DNA of 63,405 nt from a virus (Duplodnaviria > Caudoviricetes), in IMG/VR virus record IMGVR_UViG_3300032285_003896, positions 1 through 63,405 of that record; one strand, written 5' to 3'. A model generated the notes under the pieces. The model saw only the letters and a list, made by a program, of their open reading frames with translations. It had not been told where the DNA came from and did no database searches. Shown here piece after piece: positions 36,487 to 46,544 of the stretch (its first letter is position 1; every line of letters begins with the position of its first letter). The translations under genes and the position numbers were made by a program.

Positions 36487-37521
36487 TTACCAATCTAGTT
36501 TTACACGAATAAGTGCTTCCTTAGTAAAGTCTTTTGTTAAAGGCTTTGATAGTTTAGCTACAGCTACTAATTCATTATTATCATTATACATACCTACAGT
36601 TGTTGGATATGTTTGAGGACTATTGATAAAGTTTGAATATATTAATGTTCCCGAACCAGATATAAATGATGGATTAGTTGTGTAGTTATATTCTCCATTC
36701 TTTACTCTTACAAATATATAATCTGAAGAAATTGTTTCTTGAGAATTTAATTGGAAATTTGCTCCTTGACTAATTGCTAGATATATTAAATTATGATTAT
36801 AAGAACTAGCTCCTACAGTATTTGCTGTGCTAAGTGTATAACCTAAACCACCAGCAGTAGTTGCTAATTGTAAAGCTTTCGGATTTAAAACTAATAGTCC
36901 AAGATCAGGAAGCATTAGCCCATAACTTCCGGATGCTGTGTAACCTTTAGCGCTAGCTCCAGATAGTAAAGGACTATTTACAGAAGTTCCATTAGATCCA
37001 GATATGATATCATAAACTCTACCTCCATCTACATAATTTACAGTTGTAACATCATTAGAGTTGTCTGTTAATTTTAAAATAGTTCCAGAACCGTCACTCA
37101 ATTTAAGATTAAATGTACCAGGAAAAAGACTTTCTTTATACCTATTTCTATCTATTGGTATTGCAATTAGATCAACTGATGAAGTATTTCCTGTTCCAAA
37201 GTTTACTGCACTTTCTGCATCTCCATAAATTAAGTTTCTATACTGTCCGAAAGTTATTCTAGAAGGAGTATTTCCAGGGACTAAAGAATTTAAAGGAGCT
37301 GATCCTAAACCTGTATAGTTGCCATAAGCAATAGAGAATTGTACAGATGAAGTTGCTTGAGTTACTGGTGCATTATAAATGTCTATGTAATAACTTCCTG
37401 TTGTACTTGCAGAAGCTGTATAAAATGAAGATAATACAGTAGCTCCGTTACTCCATGCTGGAGCCACAACTGCGTCGGATGATACTACAAAATCTGTTGG
37501 GTCTAATCTTGTGAATGACAT
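36487..37521 (-). CDS. baseplate/tail-collar protein
   Basis: C-terminal TTVGMYNDNNELVAVAKLSKP resembles the tail-collar (DUF3751-like) motif. Confidence 0.6.
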   Translation of the reverse strand: MSFTRLDPTDFVVSSDAVVAPAWSNGATVLSSFYTASASTTGSYYIDIYNAPVTQATSSVQFSIAYGNYTGLGSAPLNSLVPGNTPSRITFGQYRNLIYGDAESAVNFGTGNTSSVDLIAIPIDRNRYKESLFPGTFNLKLSDGSGTILKLTDNSNDVTTVNYVDGGRVYDIISGSNGTSVNSPLLSGASAKGYTASGSYGLMLPDLGLLVLNPKALQLATTAGGLGYTLSTANTVGASSYNHNLIYLAISQGANFQLNSQETISSDYIFVRVKNGEYNYTTNPSFISGSGTLIYSNFINSPQTYPTTVGMYNDNNELVAVAKLSKPLTKDFTKEALIRVKLDW

Positions 37522-37532
37522 ATCTTAATTTA

Positions 37533-38192
37533 TTATTGATTTACTTTTGTAATAGTTACAGGAATAGATATCCTAGCTCCAGAATCACGACCAACAACAA
37601 TTAGTGTTGTGTATAGTGAAGTATTAGATCCAAATAGAGTGTTAACAGTTGTTGCACTTATATTAATAGTCGTTCCAATTACTGTCTTACTTACATTAGT
37701 ACCAATAGTAGTTGTTGAATTTAATTGAGTAGCTTCTGCTGTATTAATGCCAACTCCATTAAATGAACTCATAGTTCTAACGTCACCTATAGTAGCTACG
37801 TATCCTGATTGTTCAAATGTAGATGTTGCACCTAAATAATTTAGGGTCTGCGGAGTTATTGAAAGAGATGCTCCTTGACGAAGAGTAATTGCTGTATATC
37901 CAAGATCAAGAACTGGTATTTTAGCTGTTCCTCTTGGGAGAGTAATAAGTTTATATTTCATTATCTCTGTGTCGTTAGGATATGCTTGAAGAATAGGCAT
38001 TGCTTCAATAGCTTCACCATAAAAAGCAGAACCAGATGGGTGGACTGGATTATATAAGGTATAATCAATCTCATCATCAGCTAATGAAAATTGAGTAATT
38101 CTAAATGACCCATCATTCCGGGCTAGAAGTTCTCTACCTTTTTTAGTTAAGATAGCATCTACAATTACTGAGGTATTACTTAAATATGACAT
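37533..38192 (-). CDS. baseplate/tail structural protein
   Basis: DAILTKKGRELLA...ITQFSLADDEIDY resembles the tail-collar N-terminal motif; late motif at 38210. Confidence 0.6.
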   Translation of the reverse strand: MSYLSNTSVIVDAILTKKGRELLARNDGSFRITQFSLADDEIDYTLYNPVHPSGSAFYGEAIEAMPILQAYPNDTEIMKYKLITLPRGTAKIPVLDLGYTAITLRQGASLSITPQTLNYLGATSTFEQSGYVATIGDVRTMSSFNGVGINTAEATQLNSTTTIGTNVSKTVIGTTINISATTVNTLFGSNTSLYTTLIVVGRDSGARISIPVTITKVNQ

Positions 38193-38264
38193 AAAAAATG
38201 GGCTTTTAAATAAATATAATGAATTCTATTTTATTTTACACTATTAAAAAATAAGTGTATTGTA

Positions 38265-41200
38265 TTATTGTGGTATTAAATTTTGTTGTTTTAAGGCTTT
38301 TACTACATTTCCTGAATTATCTTTTACATCTTGTTCTATATATTGAGGAAATAATAAACCATCTTGGGTAATTGGCGTGCCTAAATCATAATTTAATATG
38401 ACATTAGTTTCATCAGGAAGTCTTTTTAGTAACATATATTTGGATATCTTTCCGGGTATAGTTTTATTGTCTGTATCTCCTGGATCTAGATCTCTATCTA
38501 GATTTAATACCCAAAAAGATCCACTATCATCTGTAAGTTGTGTAACAGACTCAATTCTATATTCTGAGTTATTTGTCCAACGACCTGTTTGATTATATAG
38601 TCTAATTAAATCCATTTGAGATCCAGATAAAGAAAATACTGGCGTATCCATTCCGCCTGTAGACTCATTAGATGCTGGTGTAAATATAAAACTGTTATAA
38701 TATGCAGATTGCGATGCAGATAATTTTATACTGTTTGTGTCTATTGCATACCAAGCATTATTTCCAGTTACATCCTCAATAGTAGTTATATAATTAGTAA
38801 CAATAGAACTGCCTCCAGTAGGATCGTAAGTTTCTTCATAAGATATACTCGCACTCACGCTGTCTCCATTTATCCATACACCTTTAAAATTTGAAGGCAA
38901 ATATATATTAGATGTAATTGGACCAGATGATCCAGCTGGTATTGTTGTAATCCCACCATAACTTTGTGGACTAACTACCCTACTAGTATTTGTTAATCTA
39001 TAAATAATTCTAGTTTGTAAAGGTGTTGGTGATGTTACCGGCGAAGATATCGTTAAAGGTACAATTGTAGGATAATATGTCCCTGCATCATTTACAACAC
39101 CCGCAGATAAAGTTCTCCAATAACTACCACTCGTAGAATCTATAATTGCATAGTTTGGGGTGTTAATACTAGATGTAGTACTAGTAGGTTCATTTAATTT
39201 GTAATACATACTTTGATTACCAGCCAAATTATATATCATAGGAGAATATCTAAAACCTCCTTCATAAATAGAAAAATTACTATTATTAGTTAATTTTTGT
39301 ATATATGGTTGTGTTGGATCATAATTAAATAGTGAAACGTTTGTTGTTTCTCCTGACTTAAATATATTTTGAGTATAGAATATATTAGTATTAGTTTTAG
39401 TTAAGTCTAATACATTTTGATTGTTATCTATAATATATTTAATTTGAGCGTTAGCTCTTTTAGGAAGCTGAAATGATGATGAAAATATATCTACTAAATA
39501 AGCATACTGATATTTTAATTTATCAACAGCGGCAGTCTTACCATAAGAATTATCTCCAGGAGTATATGTGGTCCAAGTAGCACTAGTAGTTTTTGATCCT
39601 ATATATCTAGGAATAATTGATCTTTGTAAAAAATAATTATAGTCTTGAACCTGGGCATATGGACTATTTGGATTATTATAGTCATTATAATTATCATTCT
39701 GAGAATCATTTATTGACTTAGTTATTATTCCTAAGTTAACAGGGGTTTGTTGATTTGTACTATAATCTAAATCCCAAAGATAAATTGATCTAACAGAAGA
39801 AGTTACATTTTGATATAAAGCGCCTCTAGAAACTCTAATAGGATCTGTAAATGACGGATCGATATTATTTGAATTTTCTGTTTCGTCAAATGCATTACCT
39901 GTAGTAACAACTATTTTTGATCCACTTAATTCTCCATTAAATCTTTCCATTCCTTGAGAACTAGTGTACGCAGCTGGTCCTAAAGGTGTGTTTACAAATG
40001 AACTCCAATAAGTAGATCCAGATAGCATGCCGCCTTCAGAACCTGATACTTTAACCATTTGTATAGACTGTGAATAATTATTAGTAAAACTAATATCAGG
40101 TTCATGTCTTGCATACTTATTTCTTTCTAGCATGTGAGATTTTACAATAATACCTGTAGCAAGATTTGCTCTGGCAGGTACATAATCTTTAATCATTTTG
40201 AATAAAGAGTTATTGTAAAATTTAATTAGTCTTATATATTCCCAAATACTACTAGGTTGAGTATAGTTTGAAAAATATGCATTACTAGCGCTAACTAAAC
40301 TAGAGTACGATGAAGAATATTGATCATCAGGATGACCTATTAATTGATTAATATCAAAATATCCTAATGAAGCAGTTATATTTGTATTAATAGTATCTGC
40401 TGGAGAAAATCCTACTTCAATATTTGTACTATTAATTCTATTATCTTTATCGTAGTATTGTAACGTAGTAAATGGAGATAGCAGTGATGATGATAATTCT
40501 AAACTACCGCTTACATTTCCATTACTTCCTGTTGAAATAGTTAGTTTATACTGAGTTGTATTAAGATCAAAAACTCCATCAATAGCATTTATAGGACTTC
40601 CTCCAAATTCTCTAACTGTTAAAATTTCTTCCGGTATACCAAAAGTACTTATTAAAGCTTTTACACCTCTTTGAGTTCCTTTTGTTTTAAGTAAATATGG
40701 TAAGTTATGATAAAGTCTTTTATATAATTCGTCTTGAATAGTAGCCGCAGGAAGTGTTGTTAAACTTGAAGTAACATAATTAGTTATTAATTCAGATCCT
40801 GTTGGAGGTAGTAAACTGCCGTCAGGATTAATACCAAATAGTGTATAATACAGGTTATCAGATACATTTGAGTTTGTATATAATTGTATTCCAAATCCCT
40901 TTAATGCGTCAGAAACAACATCTAATGATATTCCTGTATCTGGATTATTTGTTGCATTATATCTATTAGATAAGTCTTTATAATATATCCAAATATTATC
41001 AAAGTGTTGACCTATCATATCCAAAAAAGTAACATAAGAGTCATTATTTGGATCGTCTAAAAGATATTGAGGAATACTATTATGAAGCAGATCTTTATTA
41101 GTACTATCATAATAAGATGCTGAAAACAATAAAGATTGTGTTATTGCATTTGGTACTATATTTGTGGATCCTAAGAAGCTAAGAGCTTGAGAAGATGTTA

Positions 41201-42344
41201 CAGAATATAACTGATATGGTTGTGTGGTTGTTGACTTAGGCCACGCAAAAGATGCAGATTGAAAATATAAAAAGTATTCGTAAGTATCAAAATTTTGAAT
41301 AATATTGTTTATAGAAGATTGAATATATCCTATTGATGATGAAGCAATTGTAGAAGTCGACGGTCCTCCATTTATAGATAATTGCTCAACTAATTGAGCA
41401 TTATAAGATTCTATTAATCCTAATTTGTAAACAAAATTATTTACTCTTTCTGTAGCACTAGAAAAGTGTATAAAATTACTAAAATTACTATAGTCAATGT
41501 TTATATCAACAGACTTATCTTGATAATAGCTAAGTAATTTTTGATAAGAAGAAGTTACCGGACTAGATAATAAATTATTGTAATTGTAATATGGAGTAGT
41601 TTGTCCATTTTTACTATTTACAACAACATTATAATTTGGCCCTCTTAAAGAATTTATATCTTGAGTTGATTCTGCTTGAACTTGGATATTTACATTAAAA
41701 CTAACAGACTCAGCTATTTTATCTACTATCCATAATTGTGTCTTTAAATCATATTCTGGAGATAGTGGAGCATATAATTTTACTAATAAGTAACCTCCAT
41801 CAGCATCTTCAGTATAAGCTACGTTATCTGCAATTATAGTTTGATTATTGCCTAAATTAAGATAAAATACAGGATAATAATTTTTATTACCAATATAAAC
41901 TTGATATTGATTAAAACCGTTTTTAATTTCAGAATTGCTAATTGCTTGAGATGCTAATTTTAATTCTGTCCTTGAAGTAGATATTTCTTTTATCCAATAA
42001 AATCTACCATAAGCAGAATTAAATAATTTTTTATGAAAATGATATTGTATATTTAAATTACCTCTATTATACCCTCTATTTTTTAGATCTTTTTCAGGAT
42101 CTAATGTAAGACTAGAATAGGTGTTATTTTGTGGATTTGCTGTTAAATATGGATAATAGTCTGTAGCGTCGTAATCAAAATCTAATAACTGACTCTTTTC
42201 ATCATAGATATATAATTCTATATAATCATTTGTATCACCAAATTGAGTGTTAATATAGTTGGATGTAACTAATTGTCTATCTAATGGAGATAAATTTTGA
42301 CTCTCTGCTCCCTGCCCTGCGTATGTTATATTAACTAATTCCAT
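38265..42344 (-). CDS. large baseplate wedge-like structural protein
   Basis: IPQYL...FLDMIGQHFD...LLKTKGTQRGVKALISTFGIP wedge motif; follows the gp6-like gene. Confidence 0.65.
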   Translation of the reverse strand: MELVNITYAGQGAESQNLSPLDRQLVTSNYINTQFGDTNDYIELYIYDEKSQLLDFDYDATDYYPYLTANPQNNTYSSLTLDPEKDLKNRGYNRGNLNIQYHFHKKLFNSAYGRFYWIKEISTSRTELKLASQAISNSEIKNGFNQYQVYIGNKNYYPVFYLNLGNNQTIIADNVAYTEDADGGYLLVKLYAPLSPEYDLKTQLWIVDKIAESVSFNVNIQVQAESTQDINSLRGPNYNVVVNSKNGQTTPYYNYNNLLSSPVTSSYQKLLSYYQDKSVDINIDYSNFSNFIHFSSATERVNNFVYKLGLIESYNAQLVEQLSINGGPSTSTIASSSIGYIQSSINNIIQNFDTYEYFLYFQSASFAWPKSTTTQPYQLYSVTSSQALSFLGSTNIVPNAITQSLLFSASYYDSTNKDLLHNSIPQYLLDDPNNDSYVTFLDMIGQHFDNIWIYYKDLSNRYNATNNPDTGISLDVVSDALKGFGIQLYTNSNVSDNLYYTLFGINPDGSLLPPTGSELITNYVTSSLTTLPAATIQDELYKRLYHNLPYLLKTKGTQRGVKALISTFGIPEEILTVREFGGSPINAIDGVFDLNTTQYKLTISTGSNGNVSGSLELSSSLLSPFTTLQYYDKDNRINSTNIEVGFSPADTINTNITASLGYFDINQLIGHPDDQYSSSYSSLVSASNAYFSNYTQPSSIWEYIRLIKFYNNSLFKMIKDYVPARANLATGIIVKSHMLERNKYARHEPDISFTNNYSQSIQMVKVSGSEGGMLSGSTYWSSFVNTPLGPAAYTSSQGMERFNGELSGSKIVVTTGNAFDETENSNNIDPSFTDPIRVSRGALYQNVTSSVRSIYLWDLDYSTNQQTPVNLGIITKSINDSQNDNYNDYNNPNSPYAQVQDYNYFLQRSIIPRYIGSKTTSATWTTYTPGDNSYGKTAAVDKLKYQYAYLVDIFSSSFQLPKRANAQIKYIIDNNQNVLDLTKTNTNIFYTQNIFKSGETTNVSLFNYDPTQPYIQKLTNNSNFSIYEGGFRYSPMIYNLAGNQSMYYKLNEPTSTTSSINTPNYAIIDSTSGSYWRTLSAGVVNDAGTYYPTIVPLTISSPVTSPTPLQTRIIYRLTNTSRVVSPQSYGGITTIPAGSSGPITSNIYLPSNFKGVWINGDSVSASISYEETYDPTGGSSIVTNYITTIEDVTGNNAWYAIDTNSIKLSASQSAYYNSFIFTPASNESTGGMDTPVFSLSGSQMDLIRLYNQTGRWTNNSEYRIESVTQLTDDSGSFWVLNLDRDLDPGDTDNKTIPGKISKYMLLKRLPDETNVILNYDLGTPITQDGLLFPQYIEQDVKDNSGNVVKALKQQNLIPQ

Positions 42345-42682
42345 TACATTAATTGATTAATATTGGTGAATGTCTGATTAAGATCTAATAATTGTTGACG
42401 AAGTGAATTAATCTCTTCTATTAAGGCTTGTTTTTCAGCATCGATTACTGAACCTCCTATATATTGTTGACTTCTTTCTACTAAATATTTATGAGAATTT
42501 ATATTTCCATCAACAGGAATATCAAAAAATAATTGATCATAATAAGTAAAAAAATCATCTACTGTTACAGCAGTTAATGTTGGTGCAGTTACTGGAGTTA
42601 TCAACTCACTAAAACTGGTATCGATGGCCTTTGTATAGGTATTAAGACCATAAATTTGTTTTACTAAATCTACATTTGCCAT
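42344..42682 (-). CDS. hypothetical structural protein
   Basis: TAATG-coupled within the baseplate operon. Confidence 0.6.
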   Translation of the reverse strand: MANVDLVKQIYGLNTYTKAIDTSFSELITPVTAPTLTAVTVDDFFTYYDQLFFDIPVDGNINSHKYLVERSQQYIGGSVIDAEKQALIEEINSLRQQLLDLNQTFTNINQLM

Positions 42683-43791
42683 TATCTAACTACTTTAAAT
42701 ATTAAATTATTATCAGTATCGTAAGACTCTCCGTCTGGTAGTACTGTTCTTATAAGTACTTTATAATATCTTTCTGGCTCTAATCCATTCATATATAAAT
42801 TAAAATAACTATTAGTTCCATCACAACTTATTTTAGTATAATTAGTATCAAAATCTATAACAATATCATCTGTTTTTGCATCTTGAAGTGCCCAATAAGA
42901 TGTTTCTGGTAGGGCTTTATTAGTTGTATAAAAAGAAGATGTAGTAAATACCCTCGCAGGATATTTATCTCTTGCATTAATTATAATCTTATATTTTGAT
43001 GTTCCGTATTTATAGTTACCATTGTTGTTGGCTAATGTTATTATAGTATTAGAATTATCAACAATAGATAAATTTCCATTGTCATATGAACTATCATCCC
43101 ATTTTATTTCTAAAGTAGGAGGGTATATGGTGTGGGTATCAACAGAAAAAAAACTTAATCCTATATAACTAGTATCATTTTGTTCTATAGCATCTGTGTG
43201 TTTTATAATAAATCCATTATTATATTGAGATCCATCAAACCAGGTATTTACTATATCTGTAACATCTATATTAATATCTTTATTATCCTTATATCCAAAT
43301 GATTGAGTAACATATACATCAGTCCATGAACCACCTCCAGGAGTTAAATGCGCAGATCTAAAAAATCCCCAGTTATTAACAGTGGTTGTAAAAGATCCAG
43401 TATTATACCAACAAACACCGTTTCTAGTTTCTGGGTTATCTGAAGCTTTTCCTGTTCCCATTGACCAAGACTGAGAAATTTGTCTTATTTCTAAACTATA
43501 TGTAGTAGTTAAATTTTCTGCATTAGCAAGATATAATCTTAGATTTGTTTGATAAGATCCTGTTGTAAATGATTTAATAGTACTTAAATCTTTACCATCA
43601 AATAATATAAGAGATCTTCTTAAGTCATCACTTAGTAACGGAGTATTTGGTACTGGATCAACAAAATAATTCAATGGATATTGATTATTTTTTACTGATA
43701 CTTCTAATATTTCATCTAGTCCTGCATTGGCTGCCGGTCTACTTGAATATATTGAGGCATCTGCTGAAGGAAATATTTTATATACGGCCAT
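42682..43791 (-). CDS. structural protein with DNRLRE-like beta domain
   Basis: DASIYS...N.G.DEILEV...RSLILFD...SQSWSMG...NNGFIIK...PTLEI. Confidence 0.55.
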   Translation of the reverse strand: MAVYKIFPSADASIYSSRPAANAGLDEILEVSVKNNQYPLNYFVDPVPNTPLLSDDLRRSLILFDGKDLSTIKSFTTGSYQTNLRLYLANAENLTTTYSLEIRQISQSWSMGTGKASDNPETRNGVCWYNTGSFTTTVNNWGFFRSAHLTPGGGSWTDVYVTQSFGYKDNKDINIDVTDIVNTWFDGSQYNNGFIIKHTDAIEQNDTSYIGLSFFSVDTHTIYPPTLEIKWDDSSYDNGNLSIVDNSNTIITLANNNGNYKYGTSKYKIIINARDKYPARVFTTSSFYTTNKALPETSYWALQDAKTDDIVIDFDTNYTKISCDGTNSYFNLYMNGLEPERYYKVLIRTVLPDGESYDTDNNLIFKVVR

Positions 43792-43801
43792 TTTTTATTT
43801 T

Positions 43802-45658
43802 TTACATTGTTACTACGCGTCCTTGAATATCTGTATTAGGATATTTAACTTCGAATATAGATGGATCTAAAGAAGGATATATTACATTATTTAAAGTACC
43901 AGCAGAGATATCATAAGAATATCTAGAATATCCTGAAGCCTCTCCTGATTTATTAACTATTCTTACATCTTTAACTGTTTGCACTCCTTCTACTTGATCT
44001 AGAGTTGAATATATATCTCCTAATATAATAGGTTCATTTATTTGCCAATTATCAATATTAAAGAAATTTTGCATTTGAATTATGCATCTAGCAATAACAT
44101 CTTGACTTGTATAATTAGGTCTAATAACAATATCAAAATTACATGCTATGTTTATAATATACGCAGGTTTGATATTAATTGAATCAGTCATCATTCTATA
44201 ATCTGAAAGATATGTCTGAATATTCTGTAATAATGCTGGGGAAGGATCTGCTAGTTGATTTGCATTATTTAATCCTAGCAAATAAAGACTTACTAATATT
44301 TGATCTTTTTGGCTTATATCTGATTGCATGTAATTATTAAATGTAGCATCGTCTTTTGTTACATAAGCTTTAGATACTTTACCATATTGTCCTGGCATAC
44401 TAAGAGTCCTAGATAGATAATCTTGTTGAGTAACTGCTCTTAACTGTGTAGGAAATTCATTAGCTATATTAAATCTTAACTCTTCAACAGTATCACCATC
44501 CCCACCACCTACAGCAGGATTTGGGTTATTTACAGCTATAGTATTTTGGAAACTAGTATTTCCAGTAACAGTATAAGATGATATTTGAGTTAGTTGATTA
44601 GATAGAGCGTTAGCACTTGCACCACCACCTACTAAATAATTAAATGTAATTGTGGTATTTTTAGGAGCTAGTCCATAAGTTTGCGTAGTTACAAAATTAG
44701 TTGGATCAAATGAACTAGATAGTTGACTAAGACCACCTCCTGTTAATCCAACACTTACTGAATTAGGGTTAGGAATAACTGCAGTATCAGCTACTGAATT
44801 TATGCCAGATCCAAATTCAATTTCTAATGATCCATCAGTTCTAAACCTAGAAACAAAACGTCTAGGTACTTGAAGTTTTTGAATCATATAAGGAACCTGA
44901 TTTGAATACTGGTATAAACTTGGATAGTTTAATGCCGTATTTTGTACTGGTGTTAATATATAATCTTGAGCTAAATAAGGTACTTCATACCAAGTATTAC
45001 CATTAGAATCTATAGCACTTAATATAGATATAATAGATGTATCTTGTATTGTTACTGTAGAAAATCTTTGAGGAGAAGAAAATGAAAATGCTGCAATTTT
45101 ACTTTGTCCTGAAAGTGCTTGAACAGTTTTCTTTAATAAATAAGTACTAGGATTTCCTCCACCATCAATAGTATAAACTTCTATAGTAGTTGGATCATAT
45201 GAAGAAGAGGTAGTAAAATCTACTTTTTGAGGAGTATAAAATACAACTGAGCTATTAATTGAAGATTTTACCTGCATTCCTTGTTGTATAGTCATTGCAT
45301 ATGAAAAGTCAGGTGTTGTATCTGTTCCGTTTGTTATAGAAGGAACTTGTTGATACACGTCTAAATCTACTATTGCGGCAGAAGATACTTTAGGTCTATA
45401 ACCTAACATATATGCTAATGTATAAAGATTATTTTTTTGTTTAGCATATTGTAAAAAAGTTTCTTGAAGTTGATTATCAAGATAGAACGACATAACATCA
45501 CCAACGTATGAAGCCATTTCAATAAACATACTACCAGGACTAGCTTGACTAAAGTCATTATAAACTGTAGGATAGTACGCTTTAGCATAGTCTATTAGAT
45601 CTGCTTTAAAAGAACTAAAATCTTTATTTAAATATTTAATGTCGATTTCGTTAGGCAT
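43802..45658 (-). CDS. baseplate wedge subunit (T4 gp6-like)
   Basis: YLNKDF...YVGDVMSFYLD...LAYMLGY...EIEFGSG...GGGDGDT...QLRAVTQQDY. Confidence 0.9.
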   Translation of the reverse strand: MPNEIDIKYLNKDFSSFKADLIDYAKAYYPTVYNDFSQASPGSMFIEMASYVGDVMSFYLDNQLQETFLQYAKQKNNLYTLAYMLGYRPKVSSAAIVDLDVYQQVPSITNGTDTTPDFSYAMTIQQGMQVKSSINSSVVFYTPQKVDFTTSSSYDPTTIEVYTIDGGGNPSTYLLKKTVQALSGQSKIAAFSFSSPQRFSTVTIQDTSIISILSAIDSNGNTWYEVPYLAQDYILTPVQNTALNYPSLYQYSNQVPYMIQKLQVPRRFVSRFRTDGSLEIEFGSGINSVADTAVIPNPNSVSVGLTGGGLSQLSSSFDPTNFVTTQTYGLAPKNTTITFNYLVGGGASANALSNQLTQISSYTVTGNTSFQNTIAVNNPNPAVGGGDGDTVEELRFNIANEFPTQLRAVTQQDYLSRTLSMPGQYGKVSKAYVTKDDATFNNYMQSDISQKDQILVSLYLLGLNNANQLADPSPALLQNIQTYLSDYRMMTDSINIKPAYIINIACNFDIVIRPNYTSQDVIARCIIQMQNFFNIDNWQINEPIILGDIYSTLDQVEGVQTVKDVRIVNKSGEASGYSRYSYDISAGTLNNVIYPSLDPSIFEVKYPNTDIQGRVVTM

Positions 45659-45660
45659 TT

Positions 45661-46074
45661 TTACATATTTTGTATTGTCAAGATAACCGAATCATTTTCA
45701 TTTGATCTTAATAATCTATAACTAAATTTTATATTAATTGAATTATAATCTGGATTTCCTATTATTTCTAATTGAGTTACTTGTATTTGAGGAAAATAAT
45801 TTTCCATCTGAGTCATTATAGACTGTTTTAAATCTTCAAAAGATAGTCTATCAATTTGTTCAAATAACCTAGATCTCAATCCAGCTCCAAAAGTAGGATT
45901 AAATGGTCTTTCTTTAGGGTCTGTTAATAGATAATTTATTATATTATATTTTATCTGTTCCTTTGTAGTATATACAGAAGTAAATACATTAGCAGCCTGA
46001 AAAGGTATTTTAACTCCAATACCTGTTGAAGGTTTAAGATCTAAAGGTGATATTTGTTTTAATCCGTATGCCAT
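45661..46074 (-). CDS. baseplate gp25/GPW-like protein
   Basis: IKYNIINYLLTDPKERPFNPTFGAGLR..LFE. Confidence 0.9.
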   Translation of the reverse strand: MAYGLKQISPLDLKPSTGIGVKIPFQAANVFTSVYTTKEQIKYNIINYLLTDPKERPFNPTFGAGLRSRLFEQIDRLSFEDLKQSIMTQMENYFPQIQVTQLEIIGNPDYNSINIKFSYRLLRSNENDSVILTIQNM

Positions 46075-46526
46075 TAAATAGCTCCTTGTGCTTTAAGTTT
46101 TGACATTAAACCTGTAAAATCTGGCACCTCATTTATTTGTACTGCATCTAAATTTGAACTTGCTCTAGCAGTTCCTAGCATACTTTCTACAGAACCAACA
46201 CTTGCCTCAGCTGGTTGGAATGCCATAGTTGGACTAGAATATTCACTATTAAATGACATTGCATTATCAGAAGTCATACTTAGTGCTGTCTCATTTAAAA
46301 GACTTGCCATAGGGCTACTTCCTTGGAATTTAACACCGGCAACTGGATTTGATCTATGTGTATTAAGGGTTCCTGGTATTTTTGTTTTAACCTCTTCTTG
46401 TAATGCTTTTTTCTGATCTACATAAACTGGTTGTTTGATCTCCTTTAGCATTTTAGGGAGTTCTTCCTTTAGAACCGCACGGAGTTCTTCTCTGATTAAT
46501 TTTCTTAGTAAGTCTACTTGTGCCAT
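46074..46526 (-). CDS. late hypothetical protein
   Basis: Late motif at 46532; LLRKLIREE N-terminus. Confidence 0.6.
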   Translation of the reverse strand: MAQVDLLRKLIREELRAVLKEELPKMLKEIKQPVYVDQKKALQEEVKTKIPGTLNTHRSNPVAGVKFQGSSPMASLLNETALSMTSDNAMSFNSEYSSPTMAFQPAEASVGSVESMLGTARASSNLDAVQINEVPDFTGLMSKLKAQGAI

Positions 46527-46544
46527 ATTTTATAAATATTATTT

